A stretch of 32,108 bases of DNA from a bacterium (GTDB taxonomy: Bacteria > Calditrichota > Calditrichia > RBG-13-44-9 > J042), in assembly GCA_015494485.1 (NCBI GenBank), contig WGBF01000221.1:1-32108 (forward strand). Direction: 5' to 3'. Positions 1-9,050 of the stretch are shown here, piece by piece. The stretch's first letter is position 1. Each line of letters begins with the position of its first letter. A program made the translations under genes and the position numbers. Below the pieces are notes generated by a model. The model was not told the DNA's origin, ran no database searches, and worked only from the letters and a program-made list of their open reading frames with translations.

Positions 1-421
1 GCTCTTTTTTAAAAAAGGGCCCCACAAATTTTGTCGGATTTTTAATGGACGGATCATCCTTGTTTACAATGACCTGCGTTACCACACAGGCAATTTGCTT
101 TGGGATACCATGATCATGGCACAAATTCAACAAGGATTGCTCAATCATATACCCCATTCCGCCTTCTGTATCCGCTACGATAATTCCCAGCGGCAACGGC
201 GGAACCAGATGCCGCGCTTCCTCTACACGGATGAGGTAATTCCCCACCTGGGGGCCATTTCCATGGGTAATAATGACCCGATGCCCCAGCCGGAGGAGCT
301 CCACCACCCCTTCCAGACTGCGGCGAGTATTGGCAAATTGCTCGTAAATGTTGCCCTCTTCAGAGGGTTGTGTAATGGCATTTCCGCCGAGGGCAACGAC
401 GATGGTTTTTGATTTCCCCAT
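1..421 (-). CDS. arcC: carbamate kinase, N-terminal 140 codons (3' end runs off the window)
   Basis: Absent from the ORF track because no stop lies inside the window. Manual minus-strand translation from the ATG at 421 gives MGKSKTIVVALGGNAITQPSEEGNIYEQFANTRRSLEGVVELLRLGHRVIITHGNGPQVGNYLIRVEEARHLVPPLPLGIIVADTEGGMGYMIEQ... The VALGGNA and THGNGPQVG motifs are the amino-acid-kinase / carbamate kinase signature. A GGAGAAA RBS lies just upstream. Confidence 0.85.
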   Translation of the reverse strand, partial: MGKSKTIVVALGGNAITQPSEEGNIYEQFANTRRSLEGVVELLRLGHRVIITHGNGPQVGNYLIRVEEARHLVPPLPLGIIVADTEGGMGYMIEQSLLNLCHDHGIPKQIACVVTQVIVNKDDPSIKNPTKFVGPFFKKE

Positions 422-494
422 CCGTTTCTCCAGTGTTGTTTAAATTCCCGGCAGGGTGTGAGGACACCCCACCAGGATACTTTCACTTACTTAC

Positions 495-1811
495 TTACTT
501 TAAGAAATCCTTTAATGCATCCGTTAAGTCCGGAGAACCAATTTCCTGCAATTCATAAATTACCCGGACGGCTGGCTTATTCAATTTAACCAGCTTGCGC
601 AAATCGATGGGTGTACCAACGATTACCAGGTCTGCTTCCGTATGGTTAATGGTTTCTTCCAGATCCTTAATTTGCTGAGGGCTGTATCCCATCGCTGGCA
701 GCAATGTTCCAATCTCCGGATATTTTTCAAACGTTTGGGTAATGGTACCTACCGTATACGGCCGCGGGTCTACCAATTCCGCCGCCCCAAATTTCTGGGC
801 CGCAACCACGGCGGCACCGTATTGCATTTCGCCGTGGGTTAAGGTGGGGCCATCCTCCACTGCCAGCACGCGCTTGCCTTGAATCAAGTGATAATCTTCA
901 ATAAAAATAGGCGATGCTGCTTCAATCACCATGGCGTCTGGATTGACCTCAAACACGGATTCCCGGACGGCAATGATGTCTTCCGGTTCAGCGGTATCAA
1001 TCTTGTTAATGATTACCACATCTGCCATTCGCAAATTGGCTTCTCCGGGATAATAATAGCGTTCATCTCCCGGCCGGTGCGGATCAACAACCGTAATGTG
1101 CAAATCCGGCTTAAAGAAAGGCAAATCGTTGTTGCCTCCATCCCACAAGACAATGTCAGCTTCCTTTTCCGCTTCCCGCAAAATAGCTTCGTAATCCACG
1201 CCCGCAAACACCACATGACCTCGGGTAATATGCGGTTCATACTCTTCCCGTTCTTCGATGGTGCATTTGTAGCGGTCCAGGTCTTCCATTGTTGCAAACC
1301 GTTGCACCTTTTGTTCCACCAGGTTACCGTAGGGCATCGGATGGCGAACCACCGCTACCTTTTTACCCGCCTCCCGGAGCATCTGGGCAATTTTACGGGT
1401 GGTCTGGCTTTTCCCGCATCCGGTCCGGACGGCACACACGGCAATTACCGGTTTACTGGACTTTAACATGGTATGTTTGGGGCCCATGACTTTAAAAGCA
1501 GCTCCGGCAGCATTTGCAATGGCCGACCGTTCCATCACGTAATCATAGGGCACGTCCGAGTACGAAAATACCACTTCGTCCACATCGAATTTTTTTATCA
1601 GTTCGGGCAATTGTTCTTCCGGGTAAATATCAATCCCATTGGGATATAATTTTCCCGCCAGTTCGGCTGGGTATTTTCGTCCTTCAATGTTGGGAATCTG
1701 GGTTGCGGTAAACGCCACCACCTCATACTGCTCATTATCCCGGTACACCATGTTAAAATTGTGGAAATCCCTCCCGGCGGCCCCCATAATCAAGACACGT
1801 GTTCGCTTCAT
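495..1811 (-). CDS. COG2403-type predicted P-loop GTPase (family often annotated cyclic 2,3-diphosphoglycerate synthetase-like)
   Basis: 438-aa ORF with ATG at 1811 and an AAGGAGG RBS. N-terminus is VLIMGAAGRDFHNFN. Walker-A-like AVRTGCGKSQTT. The gene sits 73 nt upstream of arcC on the same strand. Confidence 0.7.
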   Translation of the reverse strand: MKRTRVLIMGAAGRDFHNFNMVYRDNEQYEVVAFTATQIPNIEGRKYPAELAGKLYPNGIDIYPEEQLPELIKKFDVDEVVFSYSDVPYDYVMERSAIANAAGAAFKVMGPKHTMLKSSKPVIAVCAVRTGCGKSQTTRKIAQMLREAGKKVAVVRHPMPYGNLVEQKVQRFATMEDLDRYKCTIEEREEYEPHITRGHVVFAGVDYEAILREAEKEADIVLWDGGNNDLPFFKPDLHITVVDPHRPGDERYYYPGEANLRMADVVIINKIDTAEPEDIIAVRESVFEVNPDAMVIEAASPIFIEDYHLIQGKRVLAVEDGPTLTHGEMQYGAAVVAAQKFGAAELVDPRPYTVGTITQTFEKYPEIGTLLPAMGYSPQQIKDLEETINHTEADLVIVGTPIDLRKLVKLNKPAVRVIYELQEIGSPDLTDALKDFLK

Positions 1812-2004
1812 GGGTATATTCCTCCTTGGTTAAGTGAATTAAAATGTTGTTCGCAGATTGGGTTAAATGAAGTACAATGCACGGCATGCGGTTAACTGAA
1901 ACCGTACCACTGCTGGCAGGCAACCAAATAAATTTCGGTTACTGAAAGCACCATGTGTTTTCCCGTTCCGTTGGATTCCAATATAATAATTTTTCGCTAA
2001 CATT

Positions 2005-2034
2005 GCAGGGGTTTGAATAATTTTACTCCCCTGC
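2005..2034. other. 7-bp GC-rich inverted repeat (GCAGGGG-N16-CCCCTGC) in the divergent promoter region
   Basis: Read directly: arms at 2005-2011 and 2028-2034, with AT-rich loop TTTGAATAATTTTACT. No U-tract follows on either strand, so it is not a canonical terminator. Confidence 0.3.
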
Positions 2035-2142
2035 GGAATAGTTCTTTCCGATAAAAAATTTTTCACCTTAAGAAGTTCTCAAACTTCCGATAATGGACAT
2101 CGGGGTAACTCAAGTAAAAACAATAATCATTCAGGGGTAGGC

Positions 2143-2820
2143 ATGACATTAACCGACATTCAAAAAAGCATCCAGACATTTGGGTTTTCCAAAACTCTAT
2201 TTGATTTAACCTATAAAGCGGTGAATTCCCTTACTTATGCCCGCATTTTGCAGGGGATGACGGTCACAATGGAAACGCTGGACCCCAAATACCTGAAGGG
2301 ACCGGAACAATACACCTACCGTATTTTAACCCCGGAACAGGTTACCGAATTTGCCAAGGACCCTACAAACAACCTCCCGGAAGAGTTCTTAGACTATGCC
2401 CGAAGCAAAGGCGATGAATGCTTTGCCATTCTGGATGGCGACCGACTGGCTGCCTACGGGTGGTATTCCTGGAAGCCCACCCGCCTCTCCTCCCAATTGA
2501 CGTTAACCTTTTCCCCGGAATGGGTCTACATGTACCGCGGCTTTACGCACCCGGATTACCGGGGTCAACGGCTGCATGCCATTGGTATGGCAAATGCCCT
2601 CCGCCATTATTCCCAGAAGGGCTTTAAGGGGCTAATTTCGTATGTGGAAGTAAACAATTACCGCTCCCTGCGGTCGGTGTATCGCATGGGATATCGGAAT
2701 TTTGGCAAAGTGTATGTGCTTCAACTGGGACCGCGTTTCTGGATCCACGCGGATAAGGGGTGTGAACCATATGCATTTAACGTGATCCCAACCCCTCACC
2801 ACCATACGGTTGTGGCATAA
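2143..2820 (+). CDS. GNAT-family N-acetyltransferase
   Basis: 225-aa ORF. The C-terminal half has an acetyl-CoA-binding-type motif, YRGQRLHAIGMANAL (R/Q-x-x-G-x-G/A), flanked by beta-strand-like segments typical of GNAT folds. Confidence 0.65.
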   Translation: MTLTDIQKSIQTFGFSKTLFDLTYKAVNSLTYARILQGMTVTMETLDPKYLKGPEQYTYRILTPEQVTEFAKDPTNNLPEEFLDYARSKGDECFAILDGDRLAAYGWYSWKPTRLSSQLTLTFSPEWVYMYRGFTHPDYRGQRLHAIGMANALRHYSQKGFKGLISYVEVNNYRSLRSVYRMGYRNFGKVYVLQLGPRFWIHADKGCEPYAFNVIPTPHHHTVVA

Positions 2821-2824
2821 CGGG

Positions 2825-3472
2825 TTATTCGTTGGGTTCCAAAAGACGAAGAAACAGCCGGAAATACTCCCACAACATGGGCAACACCTCTACCATGCCA
2901 TGGTCCGCATGCAGTAAAATAAGCTGCGCCTGTTCATTTTCCCGAAGATACCGGAAACTAGCATCAAAAGGGATCACTTCGTCTTCCAGCCCATGGACAA
3001 TCCACGCCGGTACATTGCGGGTAAAAGACACTCCATCGTATTTTCGCGCATCTTCAACAAATTCGTAATGCAGCGGTACGGACTTTTGCAAATGATGATG
3101 GAACACGTCCAGCACCCCCCGGCGCTGCCATTCGTTCAATGCCTTTTCCCCCATAATCTGTTTGCGGCGGGCATAAAAATCAAAACCGGGGGCCATCACA
3201 AAAATGCCCTTCACCGTAGGTACCTGCTCAGCCACCAGGGCAGCCAAAAAACCACCTAGGCTGGATCCCAGCAACACAACAGGGTCATCCGCCTGCTGAA
3301 TAAGATGGCGCACCACGTCCAGTTGTTTTGAAATGGTCGTGTGGGAAAAATCTCCGGCGTTCAAATCGGGAATGAGTAAGGGAATACCCTCCTCAGCCAA
3401 TCGTTTTTTAAAATACTGCCCTTTTCGGGTACCAGGGCCAGAGGCGAAGCCGTGTAAATAAATGTACCGCAT
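2825..3472 (-). CDS. YqiA/UPF0227-type alpha/beta-fold esterase
   Basis: MRYIYLHGFASGPGTRKG N-terminus, GSSLGG nucleophile elbow, late Asp and His (HADHGM). I chose the start at ATG 3472, which has a GGAAGGAG RBS. The track start at 3538 would overlap the upstream gene by 50 nt. Confidence 0.75.
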   Translation of the reverse strand: MRYIYLHGFASGPGTRKGQYFKKRLAEEGIPLLIPDLNAGDFSHTTISKQLDVVRHLIQQADDPVVLLGSSLGGFLAALVAEQVPTVKGIFVMAPGFDFYARRKQIMGEKALNEWQRRGVLDVFHHHLQKSVPLHYEFVEDARKYDGVSFTRNVPAWIVHGLEDEVIPFDASFRYLRENEQAQLILLHADHGMVEVLPMLWEYFRLFLRLLEPNE

Positions 3473-3488
3473 GTAAGCACTCCTTCCC

Positions 3489-4022
3489 TCAGGATTCCGT
3501 GGTGTCCGAAGGCTCTGTTGTACTTTCCGTTCTGGCATTCAACTGCCGGCGCTCCCGCAAACCATGGACCAGCATCAGCACCCCAATTCCGATTAACAGC
3601 ACTGGCCAGAATAAATCGGGATTGGCTTCCAAGACAAAAAAGGCAATTGCCAGTACGGTTAAAAACGAACCCGTTCGCAGGTGGCTACTTTCCCGTGGAC
3701 CTAAAAAATACACGGCCAGAAACCCAAGCCCCGGCACCAGAATAAAAACGGGCCAAAGGGTGTGCATTTCTCCCAAATGGAACGAATACGCTCCCAGAAA
3801 CAGCAGTCCGTATCCCAGAAGAATTGTTCCCGGAAGCACCAGCCGGTAGTGCGCCCGATTCATAACTGCCACCCCCCAGAAAATCAGCCCCGGAATCACC
3901 AGCAACCAGGGCCATACGCCCCGGAATTCAAATGTGATAATCCCGACGTTTTTCAACAAGAAGGCAATACCCAGCAAAATAAGCAAACTTCCCATAACCA
4001 TCCGGCGAATGGAATCTGTCAT
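3489..4022 (-). CDS. hypothetical polytopic membrane protein
   Basis: 177-aa ORF with a GGAGG RBS. It has 5-6 hydrophobic helices (LLILLGIAFLL, WLLVIPGLIFWGVAV and others) and a polar C-terminal tail. The gap to the downstream esterase gene is 16 nt. Confidence 0.65.
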   Translation of the reverse strand: MTDSIRRMVMGSLLILLGIAFLLKNVGIITFEFRGVWPWLLVIPGLIFWGVAVMNRAHYRLVLPGTILLGYGLLFLGAYSFHLGEMHTLWPVFILVPGLGFLAVYFLGPRESSHLRTGSFLTVLAIAFFVLEANPDLFWPVLLIGIGVLMLVHGLRERRQLNARTESTTEPSDTTES

Positions 4023-4227
4023 TGGTACCTCCAGATTTTGACTTACCTTCTACTACGGAGGGTTTCAAAATAGGTTACTCATCCAGGGGAAGCAATTCTC
4101 AATTTAATGCCTGTAAAAATCCTTGCTCCATGGTAAGCGGAACGTCTATATTTCGTTTCGTTCAAAGTGGAAACTCACAGGGTACACGGATGCCCTTTCA
4201 TTATTCATTAAACACGGTATGTAAGCG

Positions 4228-5415
4228 ATGAAATTTTTATACCTGGATTGTGCCGGCGGTGCCAGCGGCGACATGCTGCTGGGGGCGTTTCTGGATTCTC
4301 TGGTTCCACAGGAATACCTGGAAAAAGAACTTCAAAAATTAAAATTAAAACATTACACCTTAACGACCCGGGACGTTGAGCGCCATCATATTCATGCCAA
4401 AAAGGTGGACATCACCGTTTCCGACAAGAAACACCCCCATCGCACCCTGGCGGACATTGAAAAGATACTGGACAAAAGCAACCTGTCCGAATTTGTAAAG
4501 ACCCACAGCAAAGCCATTTTTCGGCGGTTGGCTGAAGCCGAAGCCCAGGTACACCGCAAAACCCCCGATGCGGTGCACTTCCATGAAGTGGGGGCACTGG
4601 ATGCCATTATTGATATTGTAGGCACGGTAATTTGCATTGAGTATTTAAATCCCGATGCCATTTATTCTTCTCCCTTACCGGTTTCCGAGGGCACGATTCA
4701 GGCAGCCCATGGTACACTGCCGGTTCCTGCCCCGGCCACTTTAAACCTCATTCGTGATTTTCCCGTGCATCGGGTGGATGTTACCGGGGAGCTGGTAACC
4801 CCCACCGGTGCCGCGCTGGTAACGTATTTTTCGCAGGGGAGAATCCCCGAACGCCTTTCCTTCCGCATTCAGTCCATTGGGTATGGGGCTGGTAGCAAAT
4901 CGTTTGACGATATCCCCAATTATTTGCGCATCTGGCAGGGCCAATTGGATGTGCAAAGCATTAAGGAGATTGCCCTTCAGATTGAAACCAACATTGATGA
5001 TTTGAACCCGGAGGTGTACCCCTATCTGGCGGAGCAACTGTACCAGGCCGGTGCCCAGGATGTGAGTTTTTATCCCGCCATCATGAAAAAAGGGCGCCCT
5101 GGTGTGCTGGTTACCATTATTGCTCAGCCGCCGCTCCTTACCTCTTTGAAGGAAATTCTCTTTCGGGAAACGACCACGATTGGATTGCGATTCCACTACA
5201 TTTTCCGGGAAAAACTGGACCGGGAGTTTGTGACGGTTGAAACCGAATGGGGTGCCGTGAAGGCGAAAAAAGTCACCATTGACGGCGAAACGCGCATTTA
5301 CCCGGAATTTGAAGAGTGCAAACGCATTGCCCGCATTTCCGGCAAACCCTTAATTGAAATTCAACAGCAGATACTCCAGATTTTTCACCAAACCCATTCC
5401 CGGTCCAATGATTGA
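4228..5415 (+). CDS. larC: nickel pincer cofactor biosynthesis protein LarC (DUF111)
   Basis: 395 aa. The N-terminus MKFLYLDCAGGASGDMLLGAFLD and the HFHEVGALDAIIDIVG motif are characteristic of LarC/DUF111. Confidence 0.88.
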   Translation: MKFLYLDCAGGASGDMLLGAFLDSLVPQEYLEKELQKLKLKHYTLTTRDVERHHIHAKKVDITVSDKKHPHRTLADIEKILDKSNLSEFVKTHSKAIFRRLAEAEAQVHRKTPDAVHFHEVGALDAIIDIVGTVICIEYLNPDAIYSSPLPVSEGTIQAAHGTLPVPAPATLNLIRDFPVHRVDVTGELVTPTGAALVTYFSQGRIPERLSFRIQSIGYGAGSKSFDDIPNYLRIWQGQLDVQSIKEIALQIETNIDDLNPEVYPYLAEQLYQAGAQDVSFYPAIMKKGRPGVLVTIIAQPPLLTSLKEILFRETTTIGLRFHYIFREKLDREFVTVETEWGAVKAKKVTIDGETRIYPEFEECKRIARISGKPLIEIQQQILQIFHQTHSRSND

Positions 5416-6154
5416 ATCCACCCAAATTATTGCCGGTAAAAATCCGGTTATCGAGGCGCTGCAACAGGGTACACCGGTGGAAAAAATTTACGTCGCCCAC
5501 GGACATCAGGATGGTAAAATCCGGCAGATTTACAAATTGGCCCGTCGCGCCGGAATTCCCATTGTAACTGCCGACCAACGCAAGCTCAAGCAACTGGCAC
5601 CCCGTGTTGCCCACCAGGGGGTGGTGGCCATTGTGTCACCCATTGAATTGCTTTCTCTGGAGTCGCTTCTGGAACAGGCCAGAAAGCAAAGCAGTCCTCA
5701 TTTCCTTGCCCTTCTGGACCGCATTCAGGACCCCCAGAATCTGGGAGCCATTATTCGCAGTGCGGAGGTGCTTGGCGCTGCCGGGTTAATCATCCCCTCC
5801 CGGGATGCAGCCCCCATTACTGCAACAGTCATTAAAACTTCGGCCGGGGCTATTTTTCACCTGCCTATTGCACGGGTGAACAATCTGGCCCAGGCGGTGC
5901 GCCAATTAAAAGAGGCCGGTTACTGGATTTACGGCTCACAGATGCACGCCGAATCCCTGCTATGGGAAGTGGATTTTCGGCGCAACTGTGCCATTCTTAT
6001 TGGCAATGAAGCGCAAGGCATCCGCCCGGCGCTTTTAAATGCATGTGACGTGGTCTTTTCCATTCCCCAGAAAGGCAAAACCGAATCCCTGAACGCCAGT
6101 GTGGCGGCAGGGATAATCTTCACGGAATTCCTTCGCCAGAACCGGTCTGCGTAA
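5408..6154 (+). CDS. rlmB: TrmH/SpoU-family 23S rRNA (guanosine-2'-O)-methyltransferase, RlmB-like
   Basis: Contains a SpoU substrate-binding-like N-domain (GKNPVIEALQ), plus NLGAIIRSA, ILIGNEAQGI and SLNASVAAGI motifs. The ATG at 5408 overlaps the larC stop (ATGATTGA). The track start at 5354 is a TTG. Confidence 0.85.
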   Translation: MIESTQIIAGKNPVIEALQQGTPVEKIYVAHGHQDGKIRQIYKLARRAGIPIVTADQRKLKQLAPRVAHQGVVAIVSPIELLSLESLLEQARKQSSPHFLALLDRIQDPQNLGAIIRSAEVLGAAGLIIPSRDAAPITATVIKTSAGAIFHLPIARVNNLAQAVRQLKEAGYWIYGSQMHAESLLWEVDFRRNCAILIGNEAQGIRPALLNACDVVFSIPQKGKTESLNASVAAGIIFTEFLRQNRSA

Positions 6155-6205
6155 TCCCCAGTTTGCACAAAATACAAACTCATTGGAATTTCCCGCCCCC
6201 AACAC

Positions 6206-6213
6206 TAAATTTG
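6206..6213 (+). promoter_or_regulatory. candidate -7 box TAAATTTG (TAnnTTTG type) upstream of mazG
   Basis: Exact match to TAnnTTTG, 30 nt upstream of ATG 6243. A TTGG lies 19 nt further upstream (6183-6186). This placement argues for the 6243 start. Confidence 0.4.
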
Positions 6214-6242
6214 TAAAAAATACAAACGCAAAGGGATTACGG

Positions 6243-7013
6243 ATGGGATATCTGGAAGAATTTCAACGCTTGGTTCACATTATGAAAGAACTCCGGCAGA
6301 AATGCCCCTGGGACCGCAAACAAACCCCCCAGTCGTTGCGCCAGTACATTCTGGAAGAAGCCTACGAAACCGTGGAAGCCATTGACAACGAAGACTGGAA
6401 TGAATTAAAGAAAGAGCTGGGGGATTTGCTGCTGCAGATTGTGTTTCAGGCGGAAATTGCCGAGGAAAACAAACGTTTTGTGCTGGAAGACGTTATCCGC
6501 CATATCAACGAAAAATTAATTGAACGGCATCCGCATGTTTTTGGGGACGTCCGGGTAAACACAGCCGAAGAGGTTAAGGACAATTGGGAGCAAATAAAAT
6601 ACAAAACCGAAAACCGCACATCGGTGCTGCAGGGTGTTCCCCGCCATTTGTGCGCCTTATTGCGGGCCCAACGCATTCAGGATAAAGCATCCCATGTGGG
6701 TTTCGATTGGGAGAATCCCCGCCAGGTGCTGGAAAAGGTGAAAGAGGAAATTACAGAACTGGAACATGCCGTGGAGCAGAAAAACACGGAACAGGCCGAG
6801 GAAGAAATCGGCGACTTGCTTTTTTCACTGGTTAATTTAAGTCGCTTCTTAAAAATCAATGCCGAAGACGCCCTGCGAAAAACAACCAACAAATTTATTG
6901 CCCGCTTTCAGTATATTGAAGAGCGGCTGGCGGCGCAAAAGAAGGACATTCATCAGGTTAGTCTTGAAGAAATGGATGCCCTGTGGGATGAAGCCAAAAA
7001 GCGCGGGATGTAA
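6243..7013 (+). CDS. mazG: nucleoside triphosphate pyrophosphohydrolase MazG
   Basis: Tandem MazG domains, each with an EEAYE / EExGDLLF-type motif (ILEEAYETVEAI...ELGDLLLQIVF and EEIGDLLFSLVNL). The ATG at 6243 is preferred over the TTG at 6183. Confidence 0.9.
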   Translation: MGYLEEFQRLVHIMKELRQKCPWDRKQTPQSLRQYILEEAYETVEAIDNEDWNELKKELGDLLLQIVFQAEIAEENKRFVLEDVIRHINEKLIERHPHVFGDVRVNTAEEVKDNWEQIKYKTENRTSVLQGVPRHLCALLRAQRIQDKASHVGFDWENPRQVLEKVKEEITELEHAVEQKNTEQAEEEIGDLLFSLVNLSRFLKINAEDALRKTTNKFIARFQYIEERLAAQKKDIHQVSLEEMDALWDEAKKRGM

Positions 7014-9032
7014 ATGGTAACCTGGGGCACGGTGACACAGTTTGGCCTTGCGGCAGGGGGTGTTATTTCCCTGATTACGCTCTGGTTACTCATTCACCAG
7101 AAGCGTTTCAGCATCTTTACATCACTTTTCGCCTACTTAAACGCCCTGTTTTTTATTGAAATTATGGCTACAGTCATTACTGCCTCAACGCCGAAGACCA
7201 GTGCGGTGGTCATCGCCCATGGCATCCGTGTTATTACTGCCCTGTATATCCCGGCAATTCTTTTTTCCCTAATTTTCAACCGCTTTGATTCTACATTCTC
7301 AAAAAAACACATCGCCGTTACTGTGGCGGTATGGGGCAGTGCCACGTTGCTGGCCCTGCCGCTTGTGAACGGCACCTATTTTTCCCACCCAATCCCTCTG
7401 GAGCATTTTTCGTTACCGGAATATTCATCGTATTATTGGCTTATAATTGCCTATCTGGGGATGGTATTTTTCTTCTCCGCTCTCCTGTTATACCGGGGCT
7501 CCCATCTTCTTTCCCCGGCGGATCGTCGCCTTGCGGTTACGGTACTGTTTCCTTTTACAATTGGATTTTACACCGTTGTTCACATCCTCCCGGTTTGGGG
7601 TATATTTCACCCGGTATTTCTGCTGCTCTACCCCACAGGCGCGCTGATCATCTTCTACAGCATGCTTCACTTTCGGTTGCTGGAATCATCGCCGCGGGTT
7701 CAATTTGTTCTTCCCTTCTTGCTTCTTTTTACCATTCTGCTGGCCATTTTTTACATCGTGGTTCCCCCTGTTCCGGACTATGTTGTGCATTTTGCCATTG
7801 TGGTATTCACTGCACTGACCATCATCACCGGCACGGAATTCACCTTAATCATACATCGTCAATCTACGGAATCCCAGGCCGCGGCACATCAGACGCTGGA
7901 GAAACAACTGGCCACGTTTTCGGAAAAAATTACCACCTACCTGGAACCGGAAAAATTCTGGGAATACGTTGGCCACTTTTGCCATTCGACGTTCGGATAC
8001 AACCGCTGCGCCATTGTCACCTTTCAATACGACGTGCAGCCCTATAGAATTGCCTTCATTAGCGGATTTGAAACGGACCGTTTTCAATCCATGTTAACCG
8101 GCAATCCTTCCGTTATTCTGGACGAACTGGAACGCCAACGGCAAATTCTGAGCGTTCAACAATATCCGCCGGGTTCGGTGTTGCATGATGCCTTAACCCG
8201 CATGGGAATTGAAATCATTGTGCCCATTTTTGAAGACAGAAGTTTGGCAGGTATCATTTTCCTGGGCGGTGAAGGCCACTCCCCGGCCGATATCAAATCC
8301 ATGCAGCACCGGTTGTCGTTATTTGCCAACCATGTGGCAATTGCTTACAAAAATTTAAAGATTATCCGCCAGACAATGCAGGCCCAAAAAATGGCCGAAA
8401 TCGGGATGCTGGCCTCCCAGCTGGCCCACGATTTCCAATCCTTTATTTCCCTGGTAAAGCTGGAAAATGCGGATAATTCCCGCCTTGCGGAACATGCCCA
8501 GTACATGGAAAAACTGGTCAGCGATTTGCTGCAATTTGTCCGGCCACAGGAATTGCGCTTAACCCCGGTGAACATCAACGATTTGATTGACATGACACTG
8601 GACGTGTTGAACATTCCACCGGACGTCATTCTTGAAAAACATTACGCGGAGGAACTACCGGAGGTGAAGGTGGACATTAGTGAAATGCGGCGCGTGTTTA
8701 TGAACCTGCTGGAAAACAGCCTTCGGGCAATGCAGAATTCCAGCCACAAACGGATTAAAATTACCACCCGGCGGCTGCGACCCATCTCCCGGTTTCAACT
8801 CTCCCCCTGGTTGTACATCGAAATTCTGGACGAAGGGGAAGGCATTCCGGAAGAATATCTGGACAAAATTTTTGATCCGTTTTTTACCACGTACAAACAT
8901 CGGGGCGGCAACGGACTGGGGCTGGCCATTGTTAAGCAAATTGTAACCCGGCATCAGGGATACATTGACGTTGCCAGCCGTCCCGGTAAGGGAACTATTT
9001 TTAGCATTCGAATACCGTTCTTACTGCATTAA
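7014..9032 (+). CDS. sensor histidine kinase: polytopic membrane N-domain, GAF-like domain, HisKA, HATPase_c
   Basis: 672 aa. About 8 hydrophobic helices fill the first ~290 aa. H-box ASQLAHDFQSF, N-box MNLLENSLRAM, G1 ILDEGEGIPEE, G2 GGNGLGLAIVKQIV. The ATG directly abuts the mazG stop (TAAATG). Confidence 0.85.
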   Translation: MVTWGTVTQFGLAAGGVISLITLWLLIHQKRFSIFTSLFAYLNALFFIEIMATVITASTPKTSAVVIAHGIRVITALYIPAILFSLIFNRFDSTFSKKHIAVTVAVWGSATLLALPLVNGTYFSHPIPLEHFSLPEYSSYYWLIIAYLGMVFFFSALLLYRGSHLLSPADRRLAVTVLFPFTIGFYTVVHILPVWGIFHPVFLLLYPTGALIIFYSMLHFRLLESSPRVQFVLPFLLLFTILLAIFYIVVPPVPDYVVHFAIVVFTALTIITGTEFTLIIHRQSTESQAAAHQTLEKQLATFSEKITTYLEPEKFWEYVGHFCHSTFGYNRCAIVTFQYDVQPYRIAFISGFETDRFQSMLTGNPSVILDELERQRQILSVQQYPPGSVLHDALTRMGIEIIVPIFEDRSLAGIIFLGGEGHSPADIKSMQHRLSLFANHVAIAYKNLKIIRQTMQAQKMAEIGMLASQLAHDFQSFISLVKLENADNSRLAEHAQYMEKLVSDLLQFVRPQELRLTPVNINDLIDMTLDVLNIPPDVILEKHYAEELPEVKVDISEMRRVFMNLLENSLRAMQNSSHKRIKITTRRLRPISRFQLSPWLYIEILDEGEGIPEEYLDKIFDPFFTTYKHRGGNGLGLAIVKQIVTRHQGYIDVASRPGKGTIFSIRIPFLLH

Positions 9033-9050
9033 ATCATTGAGGGAGGTCCC

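Noticed and set aside
95-486. Track ORFs 95-412 (+) and 223-486 (-) at the left edge
   Set aside because: Both overlap a different minus-strand frame that translates into an unmistakable carbamate kinase N-terminus (1-421). Their own translations are Trp/Ser/Gly-rich with no recognisable motifs.
2012-2027. ARG-box-like TTTGAATAATTTTACT upstream of the arcC operon
   Set aside because: Only the TGAAT half matches TNTGAATWWWWATTCANW, and the second half-site is poor. It is kept as a remark inside a low-interest finding, not called as a feature.
4228-5415. larC without larA, larB or larE neighbours
   Set aside because: Lar genes are often dispersed in genomes, and only 32 kb is visible. There is not enough evidence to call it unusual.
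5595-5610. TGGCAC-N6-TTGC inside rlmB resembling a sigma-54 promoter
   Set aside because: The GG-to-GC spacing is one base too long, the site is within a coding region, and no downstream gene start needs it.
7331-8047. 238-aa alternative-frame ORF inside the histidine kinase gene. Similar long shadow ORFs occur at 9774-10412 (-), 14428-15072 (+), 15665-16159 (+), 879-1466 (+), 4741-5196 (-) and 19888-20358 (-).
   Set aside because: All lie entirely within, or antisense to, genes with clear family motifs. Their translations are Pro/Gly/Arg/Ser-rich, as expected for off-frame reading. None has an RBS.
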